A stretch of DNA of 63,539 bases, counting the filler, from Octopus bimaculoides (lineage: Eukaryota): assembly GCF_001194135.2 (NCBI RefSeq). It is 8 parts of 8 records of this genome, joined end to end, with 100 filler letters (N's around TTAATTAATTAA, not from the genome) between each part and the next. Parts side by side here need not be neighbours in the genome. Positions count along the whole stretch, not along the records: positions 11,141 to 14,860 come from NC_068996.1; positions 14,961 to 37,490 come from NC_068991.1; 6 more parts are not named here. One strand, given 5' to 3'. Within the stretch, counting starts at the first letter, position 1; each line of letters opens with the position of its first letter. Shown here one piece after another: positions 12,487 to 25,155 of the stretch. The notes beneath the pieces were generated by a model. The model worked only from the letters and a program-made list of their open reading frames with translations, was not told where the DNA came from and did no database searches. The position numbers and the translations under genes are program-made.

Positions 12487-14290
12487 CTACCTATCGCCCA
12501 CCAGATGCTCCATATTATGCGGACTCGTTAGAACAGACTCTCAAAAATATAGATGACGTGTTGACCAATTTTGCTGACAAACTTCACACACTTCTTTGAA
12601 GAAACTTCCATCTCCCTCGTCGAATGGCCTGAGGGCCGCCTTCTATCAGTTATGCCACTGCATGAATAAAGGCAAGCAGGATCTCTGCTCGACCTCACAA
12701 ACATGCTTTTTACGGTGTAAATAGTGCTCCACCGAACAAAGGGTAAAAATATCCTGGACCTCTGCTTCACAAATAACATGGCGCTCATCCATAATGTTAA
12801 GGTGACACCAACGATTCTCTCGGACGATAACTTTATAGAACTAACAGTGTGTGGTCCACAGAAAAAATGCAGATATGCAGACTCCTAGAAGCACCCAATT
12901 CCTCTCCAGCCTCAACTTTGATAAAGCTGATTGGAAGGGTATTGAGAAAGGGATCATGAAACAAAACTGGACTATCAGTACCTGTACGCAAGATACTGAC
13001 ATAAAGCTACAGCTCTTTATGACAATCATGCATGACATATACACAAAATTTGCTCCTGAGAGAATGCCAAACCAGCAGAAAAATATAATTCTCAGAGATA
13101 GAAGGATTCTAATGTGACGACGAGCAAATATTTAAAACCGTCTAAATGGGCCACTTAAAGATAGTGAACGATCGTATCTCAGACAAACATTGCTCGAGAT
13201 TGAAAATGAGCTCAAATATTCCCATGAAAAGTAGAGGGTAGAGAAAGAAACCAGGTTGTCAAAAATATAATGACAAACTCTAAAAGCATCTATAGATTTG
13301 CATTGAGTCTGCTTCAGTACGGTACAAGATAGGGTCACTGTTTCGAAGAAAATGGCTCATCGACAGCAGACACTCCAAAGATAAGTGAAACACTGGATGT
13401 GCAGAATGTTTTCACATCTCCGTCGGGACACTTGCAAATAGCTACACATGATGAGTTCTTCGGCATCACAACTCTACACAGAGATGTCAATTATTGATAA
13501 TACAGCAATAAAGGAAACTGATGTAATATCAGGCATTGATGCAATGAGCACAAAATCAGCCACAGGCCCTGATGGATCCTCAGCAATCCTCTTAAAGAAA
13601 TGGAAAAGTGCTTCCTCGCAAATGAGAGATCTCCCAATAGTTAAAGAAAGGCATTATATATTCTATCCATATAGGAAGTAGCTGGATGGATGCAAAAAAT
13701 TAATGTCAGCAAAGTTATGGAATGCGTTGTCATGAAGAAGCTGATCTCGTTTTTGGAGGATAATGATTTGTTCCCTGACCCCCATCATGGTTTCCGTTCG
13801 GGAAGAAGCTGCTTTACATACCTTTTGCAGTATTAATACTGGGTGTTGAAACAACTAATGAATCGTTCAAACATGAATGTGATATATCTTGACTTTGCAA
13901 AGGCCTTTTGGTAAGATCGATTATGGGATGATATGTTACAAGCTACGGGTCACGGCATAGTCGTAAAACTGGGAGAGTGGTTACATAACTTCTTAAAAGG
14001 CAGAAGTCAGGCAGTGGCAGCTATCGTAACCCTCTCAAAGGAGACAGCAGCAGGGAACTGTCTTGGGGCCGATAATGTTGATGGTAGTTCTTTCAGACCT
14101 GTCCTCGGTTACTAGCTATGCCGACGACATAAAAGTAGTACAGGCAGCCAAGGAACCATCTGATGCTAATCCTCTACCGAAAGATGTAGATGCTATATAT
14201 AAATGCTCAAAAGATACACTAGACTCCGATTTCTTTACAGGAGATCAATTCCACGGAGGAAACAATAGCTATTAGAGGGATCAAATTGAG
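12487..14290 (+). mobile_element. Decayed CR1/L2-group LINE ORF2 fragment (APE endonuclease + RT)
   Basis: YRPP (12492), RTKGKNILDLCFTNN, KSATGPDG, IYLDFAKAF (13888), GEWLHNFLKGRSQ, SYADD (14117). Multiple frameshifts. Confidence 0.85.
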
Positions 14291-15120
14291 CGGATATAGA
14301 GGCAATTATGCGGATAAACAATTAGATTTGTTAATATAACAGTTTTGGTATGAAATACAATATATATATATATATTACATGCAAAAGGAGAGAAAGAAAA
14401 GAGGGGACTTCTAGACGATGAATATTTAAGTATAAATATATAGATATTTATACTAATATGTCCAACATACAGAGTACGAATGACAGAGAAAATTAAAGGG
14501 GTGGAATAAAGGTGTTATAAGTTCAACAGCTGTTTCTGGGGTTTCGGAGATCCATAATAATGTTGGTAGATGTAGCTTATCACAGTATGTGGTCGTAATG
14601 GAAGTAATCAACATTGGATAAAACGAGTCTCCGTCATCAGAGTAGAAGCGATTTTACATTTCAGATCATAATGCAGAGAAGTTCAAAGATAGAAAATTCC
14701 AACTGATCTGAAAAGTAAGATCTGAAATGTAAGATCTCTTCTCACCTGTCTATGACTTTCAGACGTTTGAACTCCCAACCTTATGAGGGAATCGTCTCGC
14801 AAGCGCTATAGTGTAGCGGACCAGCAAGACACAAATACAATATGTGTGGTCCGTAACATANNNNNNNNNNNNNNNNNNNNNNNNNNNNNNNNNNNNNNNN
14901 NNNNTTAATTAATTAANNNNNNNNNNNNNNNNNNNNNNNNNNNNNNNNNNNNNNNNNNNNATATACTCATACATACATATACATATACATGTATACGCTC
15001 AAACTCATATAAATGCATGTGTGCGTCTATGTAAACGCATACATGAATATATTTTATTTCACCTACACACACATATACACGCTCACACATACAAACATAC
15101 CTATATACGTACGTACATAC

Positions 15121-15151
<31 letters not shown>

Positions 15152-15393
15152 CATACATACACACATACATACACACATACATATGCGCACCTTCGTACCC
15201 ACCTATATTTTCACAACTGATAGTTAAGTAGAATAATTAATATGCAGTGAAGAAAATGAAGAAAAAATGTATTATTGCTTATAATTTATGACTTAAAGTG
15301 CTAAGGATGGACAGAAGATGACTGGTGCTTTTTTACATTTCATTTCTTTTTTTCCTTGTCAGTTCAAATACGACTCACGACTGAGCCATACTA

Positions 15394-15560
<167 letters not shown>

Positions 15561-16013
15561 ATGATCATCACTGGTTTCTTTATATTTTATTACCATTGTT
15601 TATTAAGATTTTTTTTTTTTTTTTGTAACATCATTTTTCATTTCTACTTTTCCTCATTTATTATGAATATATAATTTCCACTATTTTATATATTTATCAA
15701 TTTCATTTCTATATTTGGTTTTGCTTGTTTGGTTTTGTTTCTTAGTTTTGTTTCCGTCTTTCGTCTTGGTTTTTTTGTCTTGTTTTTGTCGGGCTTAAAA
15801 GCTTTGTGTGTGTGGGGGGGGGTCAGTTGATGTTGTTGGCGGTGGTGGTAGCGATGGTACTGGTGGTGGGAGTCGTGGAAGTTATAATGATGAGTCTTGT
15901 TTTTGCAGTTAATATTGTTGTTTGCTACTTCTGTTAATTTCTTTGCTAGATTGTTTTTAAGGTGGCTTCATTTCTTTTTAATATCCATCATGTGCGTGAT
16001 TTTCATTGTCTTC

Positions 16014-16086
<73 letters not shown>

Positions 16087-16460
16087 NNNNNNNNNNNNNN
16101 NNNNNNNNNNNNNNNNNNNNNNNNNNNNNNNNNNNNNNNNNNNNNNNNNNNNNNNNNNNNNNNNNNNNNNNNNNNNNNNNNNNNNNNNNNNNNNNNNNNN
16201 NNNNNNNNNNNNNNNNNNNNNNNNNNNNNNNNNNNNNNNNNNNNNNNNNNNNNNNNNNNNNNNNNNNNNNNNNNNNNNNNNNNNNNNNNNNNNNNNNNNN
16301 NNNNNNNNNNNNNNNNNNNNNNNNNNNNNNNNNNNNNNNNNNNNNNNNNNNNNNNNNNNNNNNNNNNNNNNNNNNNNNNNNNNNNNNNNNNNNNNNNNNN
16401 NNNNNNNNNNNNNNNNNNNNNNNNNNNNNNNNNNNNNNNNNNNNNNNNNNNNNNNNNNNN

Positions 16461-16508
<48 letters not shown>

Positions 16509-16793
16509 TATATATATACATACATATATATGATATATACATATATATGATATATACATATATGTATATACTATATATTATATATATGTATACATGCATA
16601 TAATATATACATATATATACTATGTGTGTATATATTATATATATATTATATATATATATATATGCATACATACATACATACAGACAATATATATAATCTA
16701 TATATATGCCATGTATACATATGAGCGTCTCGTTATTACTTTGCATGTAGCATGTTGCATTTATCCTGTTGTTTATTTCCTCCGTTTTTATTT

Positions 16794-16849
<56 letters not shown>

Positions 16850-17100
16850 NNNNNNNNNNNNNNNNNNNNNNNNNNNNNNNNNNNNNNNNNNNNNNNNNNN
16901 NNNNNNNNNNNNNNNNNNNNNNNNNNNNNNNNNNNNNNNNNNNNNNNNNNNNNNNNNNNNNNNNNNNNNNNNNNNNNNNNNNNNNNNNNNNNNNNNNNNN
17001 NNNNNNNNNNNNNNNNNNNNNNNNNNNNNNNNNNNNNNNNNNNNNNNNNNNNNNNNNNNNNNNNNNNNNNNNNNNNNNNNNNNNNNNNNNNNNNNNNNNN

Positions 17101-17136
<36 letters not shown>

Positions 17137-17754
17137 CGGCGTACGTACAACAATATATATATATATATATTTAAATAATAAGGGTGACAAATTGAATATT
17201 AATTTGATTAATGTCAATTTTCTATATATATGTATATATATATATATATATATATACATATATATACATATATATATTTCAAAGTAAATATCCAAGGATA
17301 ATCGGAGGGATATTTAATCCTAGCGGGTACCGTGCATGCAGTGGAAGCACTTATAGGTCCTTACAAAAAAAGATGTGATAGGTAGGTAGGTAGGTAGGTA
17401 GGTATGTATGTAGGTAGGTAGGTAGGTAGGTTGCTGAACGACCTGTACAAAGGATTTGTTTATAGGGATAAAATTCTCGTGCTTGAACAGATGCACAGTG
17501 TGCCATGCGTCAGGTGTCAAAGTGATCGCAGAACAAAGTGAGATGAAGTGTTTTGCTCAAGAACGCAACGCACCACCCGGTCTACGAATTGAAACTACGA
17601 CACCGTGATCGTGAGTGCAACGCCTTAACCACCTCTCCATGCGTCGTCATACATACACATATATTTGCTACGTTTAACATTAGTATATACTGCTCTACAT
17701 CTTATAATGTGCTTTTTTCGGATTAATGTTTTTTTTTAAGCGATATATGCATAC

Positions 17755-17803
<49 letters not shown>

Positions 17804-17909
17804 ACTTGGGGATGGTCATATTGCCAGTTTAGCCAATAAAAACACACGCACTGTATATTTGGTGTTAATTTGCTTCAGCTTTATATTACATTAATCTTAA
17901 TCTTATTTC

Positions 17910-17954
17910 GGCCAGAGTTCTTTCGTCACACTTCTGTGACCTCATCAGTGGTCC
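17910..17954 (-). ncRNA. Minimal type I hammerhead motif with extra G after A9 (HHR-D)
   Basis: Minus strand GGACCA-CTGATGA-G-GTCACA-GAAG-TGTGAC-GAAA-GAACT-C-TGGCC. Canonical core, 6-bp stem II, short stem III, CUC triplet, stem I of 3 bp + bulge + 2 bp. Confidence 0.7.
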
Positions 17955-18275
17955 TTTGTTTCCTTCCTTCTTATGTGTGTCTCACCTTGCTAAATATCAG
18001 CCATTTGATGTTACTAAATATATATATATATACATACGGAGTCTACAAAACAATTGTATACACACATTAAGACAGGAAAAATTTGTCTAAATATTTTTAT
18101 TCAGTGTTAATGAAATTTATTAAGTGTTATCATTATTTGATAAACTATCGAAAGAGATCTCCATATTTACAGGGGTACATATACATATTAGATATTTATA
18201 TAGATTTTTCCTTTCGTGAAGTGTGTATAAATTTTTTTGACGGACGCTGTATACACCCCCCCCCCNNNNNNNNNN

Positions 18276-18337
<62 letters not shown>

Positions 18338-18559
18338 ATTATCCATTCTGATATTACTAAATGGTACTATAATTAGGTTTTCATGTTTTATTTTTATTCA
18401 TATTATTGTCATTTTTGGTAGCAGTACGGTGCTTCTTTTATTTTTGTATTATTTCATTGAAATATAATTTGGCAATTATTGTTTAATTCTCTTTAATTAT
18501 AACTGCTAACGATATTTCTTTTCTCTTTAAACACTACCCTCTAAATAGACATTTTTTTA

Positions 18560-19430
18560 GGAATTTCTTTTCTCCTGTACTAGTACCATAACCATTATTA
18601 CAATTAGCAGCCGTATTATCACTACACTGACATCGTTACCACTAACTTCGCCATTAATAGCACCATCGCCGCCACCACCACCTCCACTATTACCATTGCC
18701 ACTAATGTCACCCCCACGACCGCCACCACCTCCTCCACTACCAGCATCACCACGACCGCCACCACTACTACCTCCACTATCACTTTCACCACCCTACCAC
18801 AACCGCCGCCACCACTACCATAACTACCACCACCACATTCACTACCCCCATCCGCACGACCATCACCACCACCATCACCACCACTACCTTCTCTACCGCC
18901 ATCGCTACCACATCCACCACCACCTCCACTACCACTTCCACTACTATCATCACCACCACCACCACCACTGCCACCACCACCACTTCCACTATTACTATTG
19001 CCACTACTGTCACCACCACCACCGCCAACACCTCGACTACCAGCATCACCAAGACCGCCACTACTACCACCTCCACTACCGCTTTCACCACCCTACCACA
19101 ACCGCCGCCGCCACTCCTACCACAACTACCACCACCACCTTCACTACCGCCATCAGCACGACCATCATCACCACCATCACCACCATCACCACCACTACCT
19201 CTTCTACTGCCATCGCCACCACAATCACCACAATTATCACCACCATTACCAACCACCACCACCCATACCACCAACATCACCATCACCGCCGCCATGCTTG
19301 CAGTTACTACGACGACCACCCCTACCATAAGCTCTCCAGTTACTACCACCACAACTACTGTGTAACTACTATCAATAATAAGATCACCTCCACCATCACC
19401 ATCAGGACTGCAAATACTATTATTGTTACT
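18560..19430. repeat. Cryptic (CAC/ACC/ACT)n low-complexity region with a ~302-bp tandem duplication
   Basis: TGCCACTAATGTCACC (18697) recurs as TGCCACTACTGTCACC (18999), and the following text is co-linear. Confidence 0.85.
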
Positions 19431-19611
19431 AACACAATCACTCCCAAGCGCCATATATATATCATCGCCGGCTTTGTTAGGAGTACCACCTCTCTCTACA
19501 GTTTCCCCCAACCAAAATTCTTTGACAAGGGATTGATCAGCCCGGGGCTCTAGTAGAAGACACTTGCCTAAGGTGCCACGCAGTGGGACTGAGATTACAA
19601 CACAGTCATAT

Positions 19612-19815
19612 CAGTCGCCATGTTTGATCATTAAATCTACAAGTTTTTTTTTTTATTCTCTTTCTGTTTATTTTCTCTTATTCCTTCCTGCTGAAGAGCG
19701 TAGGCTCGAAACATAAAAGACTGTCACACTTTCTCGAGCGTCAAACTAATACACCTGCTTGTTGTTCATACACCTGTTTCGTCTTTTGTTTTTCTGTAAA
19801 TTTCAACTATATACA
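19612..19815 (+). mobile_element. Dispersed ~200-bp repeat (Penelope-terminus-like) carrying a degenerate hammerhead-like motif (HHR-C) at 19684-19719
   Basis: CTTC-CTGCTGA-A-GAGC-GTAG-GCTC-GAAA-CAT-A-AAAG. Homologous copies at ~20165-20360 (-) and ~54420-54600 (-). Confidence 0.55.
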
Positions 19816-20164
19816 CACACGCGCGCGCGCGCGCGCACACATATACATTTATATATATATATATATATATATGTATATAACTTTTATAAGTAATGTATCT
19901 TTTATAAGTAATGTATCTTTATCTACATTCATATTTTTATACATATTTATATTTATATTTCGTATATTTATTTTTTTAAATTTTATATTTATTATATTAC
20001 CATGTCATATTGGATATATATCTTTCGAAATATTAAATATTGATTTCCTGAGAATATTATTGATAAGTTTATGAATTTATTAATAATATAAACACACACA
20101 CACACACACACTCACACACACACACACACATGGGGGTTTGNNNNNNNNNNNNNNNNNNNNTATA

Positions 20165-20360
20165 TATATAGTTCGAATTTATAGAAAAACAAATACGAAG
20201 ACAGGTGTAGGAAAAACAAGCAAGTGTATTAGTTCGGTGCTTAGGAAAAATGGAAATTTTTTTTACGTTTCGAGTTTACACTCTTCGACAGAAAGAAATA
20301 AAAAGAAATAAATAGAAAGAGAATAAGAGAATGAATAAAAAAAACGTGTTGAGTTCAGTG
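20165..20360 (-). mobile_element. Second copy of the HHR-C repeat (motif at 20261-20295)
   Basis: Minus strand CTTT-CTGTCGA-A-GAGT-GTAA-ACTC-GAAA-CGT-A-AAAA. Flanks align with 19612-19815. Confidence 0.55.
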
Positions 20361-20787
20361 GTTCAACATGGCGAATGATTGGAAGAAAAAGAGGTTGAAT
20401 GGAAAAGAGATAATAATAATGAGATGTTGAATGAAGGAAAGATGATTCATGGTGATCCCAACAAGGCGAGGTTCTCAAGCGTGTGTTTGTATGAGAGAAC
20501 GGTTTGTGAGCCTGTAAGTGTGTATGTGTGAATGGGGGGGGGGAGTGAGTTTGACGTGTGTACTCAATTGGTATGTATTTTATTGGTCCTGAAAGGATGA
20601 AAGGCAAAGTCGACCTCGGTGGAATTTGAACTCAGGACGTAAAGACAAATGAAATACCGCTGTGCAATTTGCAAGGCGCGCTGACGATTCTGCCAGTTCG
20701 CCGCCATAAGATAAACAAATATATCAAATTCCATGTAACATACATTCTTGATTTATTTAGATTATCTCCGCATATGTAGTTGTTGTT

Positions 20788-20863
<76 letters not shown>

Positions 20864-21260
20864 CAGTAGCAGCAGCAAGGGAGTATGCACTGTATCCATC
20901 ATTTTTTGATTCCTACTCCTGGCGGATGACACGTTTGCACCGCTCACTCAGTCAACAACAACCCTCCCCCCCCCCATTCCCTGGGTCTGTTTGGGTAGTC
21001 GTTGCACAAATTCAGTAGACAAAAGGAATGTGAATGGGAGGCCCAACAACAAAAGGTGAAAAAGACGATTGAGAATTGTGAGACATTATTTGAAACTCGT
21101 TCCGAGTTCAGTCGGCAACATACAAATCTAGTTCATAGGGGCCAACCTTATAAAGCTCAGGTGAGATATTAGGCAGAGGTGAGATATTAGTTTCAGGTGA
21201 GATAGTAGAGACGGAGAGGAAGAAAGAGAGAGAGAGAGATAAAGAGATAGAATGGGAAAC

Positions 21261-21312
<52 letters not shown>

Positions 21313-21692
21313 GAGTGCGGATGATTTTGGGGGCGGGTATTTTCATGTGTATGAATATATCTCTCTGTCTCTGCATGTCTACGCGCGCTTGTGTGTATGT
21401 GTGTGTGTGTGAACCAAATATTTGTGTTGAGACAGAGACAAAGAGAAAATAATCCTACAAATGATAATTACAATTAAGTGTATCAACTGGATAAAATCGT
21501 AATTAGCAACTACAGCAAATATTCTAATTAGAGGCCAAAACAAATTAAATGAATTTTCCAGCCTTCATTTTGCTAATTTGGTCAAAATTCTATTATAATT
21601 ACAGAGATAAACTATTTAATAAAACAGAAATACTTTGAATGAAGCAAAAACAAAACAGTAATAAGAATTTTTATAATAAACACGATTTTATA

Positions 21693-21749
<57 letters not shown>

Positions 21750-21750
21750 T

Positions 21751-21825
<75 letters not shown>

Positions 21826-21829
<4 letters not shown>

Positions 21830-22035
21830 GATGGTGCGCTGGCAGAACCGTTCGCACGCCGGGCAAAATGCTGAGCGGCATTTCATCCGTCTGCACGTTC
21901 TGAGTTCAAATTCCGCCGAGATCGACTTTGCCTTTCATCCTTTCTGGGTCAATTAAATAAGTACCAGTCGATGTAATCGACTTAATCCCTTCCGCCAAAT
22001 TTAAGGCCTTGTGCTTCCAATAGAAATGATTATTA
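21826..22035 (+). mobile_element. SINE family B (tRNA-derived, (ATT)n tail)
   Basis: GCTGGCAGAACCGTT..GAGTTCAAATTCCGCCGAGATCGACTTTGCCTTTCATCCTT..TAGAAATGATTATTATT. Other copies at ~3500-3870 (two), 7390-7560(-), 8455-8590(-), 20570-20705(-), 40953-41105, 46630-46890, 61743-61820, 61921-61975(-), 62505-62700 and 63280-63480(-). Confidence 0.8.
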
Positions 22036-22039
22036 TTTG

Positions 22040-22575
22040 TATTATTATTGAGTGAGAGAGTAGTGCATGCCATCAAAGAGACACTGGGATAAAATATATG
22101 AAACCCAGTATACTCATCATGACTACCTGTCTGATAAGGGTACACCAGGCACTTGCATCATAACCATATGTGTGCGACATGGTGATCTCATATCAAGATA
22201 ATCAGCGCATGACCTTGCATGTGGATCCAAGTGAGAATCGTCATGTCGAGTAGCCCATCCTGCTCAAATGGTCCTTCAATAAGGGTTGTTTAAGGATGTT
22301 GAATGAAACGTCCATATTTCCAGAGGTGTATTATTCAAGCTCCAAAGAATTCTTCTGAACACATGGCTATGATGATCCTGCACTACATCTGCTCATGAGC
22401 AGAGATGTACATATGGTCAGCCACGAAAAGACATGCTCAACTGGTAAAGGTCAAACAACTGACAAGCAAATCTGTGGTATCGAACAGAATATTTGCTGTA
22501 GCCCATCTTTTATACCAAGATAAAACAATGTACATTATAACACTTCCAATCAGTTAAGATGAGAAGCTATCAGAG
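22040..22575. mobile_element. ~550-bp dispersed element D, unclassified
   Basis: Co-linear with 62700-63250. Both start TGAGTGAGAGAG immediately after a SINE B (ATT)n tail. Confidence 0.75.
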
Positions 22576-22816
22576 CCATATTATTTTTCTGCTATTATTA
22601 TTATTCTTGCAATAATTATTGACTTTGGAATAAGCATTTTAATGAAATACGAAAATGGCCACTTAAGATATTTCTTCGTTGATTACATAGCAAAATTCTC
22701 TAGAATAGATACAGTTGTTACTTAATAATTGGCTGAATATTAATTGACTTCATGGGGCGATGCAACGGCAACTGCTATACTTGTAGAAGCATGTGCATTA
22801 CGTATTTGGTTTGTGC

Positions 22817-22862
<46 letters not shown>

Positions 22863-23138
22863 GCGTGTGTGCGTGCGTGTGTGTGTGTGTGTGCAGGNNN
22901 NNNNNNNATGATTGTATATAAATCTTATATTTTATTTTTTGTATCAATCATTAGACTGCGGCCATTCTGCAGCACCGCCTTGAATAATTTTTAGCTGAAT
23001 GAATCAACCCTATCTCCTTGTTTTTAAGCCTGGTACTTATTCTATCGAGTGATTTGCCGAACCGCTAGATTACGGGGACGTAAACACAACTACATCGGTT
23101 GTCAAGCGGTGATGGGAGACTTACCACCGACACAGACA

Positions 23139-23175
<37 letters not shown>

Positions 23176-24239
23176 ATATATATATATATATATATATATA
23201 CCTTACAGTTAACAAAAGCCAGGTTGCGCTACGTTCCGTTATTTAATAAATGAAAAGATGTATTGTAAATATACAAACAAGAAGAAAACGTATATTGAGT
23301 GCACAAACAGACCGAAGACCTTCTGTGTCTATCTTCCGTCCGTCAATATACGTTATACGTTTTTTACTTGTTTGTGCATTTACAATACACTTTTCATTTA
23401 TTTATATATATCATTAAGATTCAGTTGAATTAGGTATTTACATTGCGGCACCAAGCCAGTTCAGTATCGTCCGCGCAGCTAGAAGTTAGCTGAACAAAAT
23501 GCAGATAAATAAAGATGTCCAGGTATCAATGCATTACACCCGTTTCGAGCGGCTCCATTTAACCGAACCATATTTCGGCTCAGTAACTACTTCCGCTTGT
23601 ACTTTATTATACATTTAGTATACTTCTAATTTAATTACCCCTTACATTCGCAGACAATAATAAGCATATCATACTATAATTCGGTACCACTAGTTATCCG
23701 GGGTCTTATATTATTCATGACATAACTTCTGTTATCCAGAAATATATGTTATGTAATATTAATTTCTAATAACCCCTCACCATTTTAATCTGCATTCCTT
23801 CAATATTTATATTACATACATTCCCCTTCGGTACTGGGATTCTCTTCCCTTATAGTTACAATATATAAATTTGCAACGGATTATTAAATCTTACGCCTCC
23901 TCTGAGTATAAGGTATACCCCATAGAAACTGTTATTATTCTACATAAACCAATATGTCTGATAAAGTTTACAAATATTTTATAAACTCATCTCCAAAGGC
24001 ATCTTTATCTTAATATATTTATTCTTTAATTAGCATTAATTATACATACCTTGACTTACCCTTATATTTTATCACTTTTTTATTTGTTATACATTTTATA
24101 TCATCTACAATGAAATATTTTAGTTTATAAATTCTTTATGCAAAAGATTTTTTATTAGCGCAGGCGTGGCTGTGTGGTAAGAAGCTTGCTTCCCAACTAC
24201 ATGGTTCCGGATTCAGTCCCACTGCATGGCACCTTAGGC

Positions 24240-25155
24240 AAATTTCCCTCTCTGAAATGTTGATCATTCCATTCTCCCCATCCTACACTTCCCCCCTCAA
24301 ATCCCCCTCTCATGAATGTTGAACATTCCTTCCTCCCCTTCAGCCCCTTCTTCCGTTTCCACCTTAAATCTCCCTCTCTGGAATGCTGAAACCATCCAAC
24401 GAACGAACGAACGAACGAAGAAAGGAACGAACGAAAGAACATAAGAACAAACGAACGAACGAAAGAACAAACATATGTAGGCACGTACGTACGAACGAAC
24501 GACCGTACGTACGTACGATCGAACGAACGAAATAACATATGTACGTACGAACGAAGGAAAGAACGAACGAACGAACAAACGAACAAACGAACGAAAGAAC
24601 GAACGAANNNNNNNNNNNNNNNNNNNNNNNNNNNNNNNNNNNNNNNNNNNNNNNNNNNNNNNNNNNNNNNNNNNNNNNNNNNNNNNNNNNNNNNNNNNNN
24701 NNNNNNNNNNNNNNNNNNNNNNNNNNNNNNNNNNNNNNNNNNNNNNNNNNNNNNNNNNNNNNNNNNNNNNNNNNNNNNNNNNNNNNNNNNNNNNNNNNNN
24801 NNNNNNNNNNNNNNNNNNNNNNNNNNNNNNNNNNNNNNNNNNNNNNNNNNNNNNNNNNNNNNNNNNNNNNNNNNNNNNNNNNNNNNNNNNNCAAATCCCC
24901 CTCTCAGGAATGTTAAACATTCATTCCTCCACTTCCTTCCCTTCCCCCTCAAAGACCCCTCTCTGAACATTCATTTCACCCATTCCTCCCCTTCCCCACT
25001 CAAATTCACCTCCCTGAAATGTTGAACATTCATTTCACCCAATCCTCCCCTTCACCTCTCAAATCCCCCTCTCTGGAATGTTGAACATTCCTTCCTCCCC
25101 TTCAGCCCCTTCTTCCGTTTCCACCTTAAATCTCCCTCTCTGGAATGCTGAAACC
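24240..25155 (+). repeat. C-rich ~55-60-bp minisatellite (AAATCCCCCTCTCTGGAATGTTGAACATTCCTTCCTCCCC...), left block
   Basis: Repeated units at 24240-24395 and 24892-25155. The same unit recurs at 37115-37490. Confidence 0.85.

Noticed and set aside
18696-19553. 285-aa His/Pro/Thr-rich ORF
   Set aside because: Low-complexity CAC repeat with a non-triplet duplication period, open on both strands.
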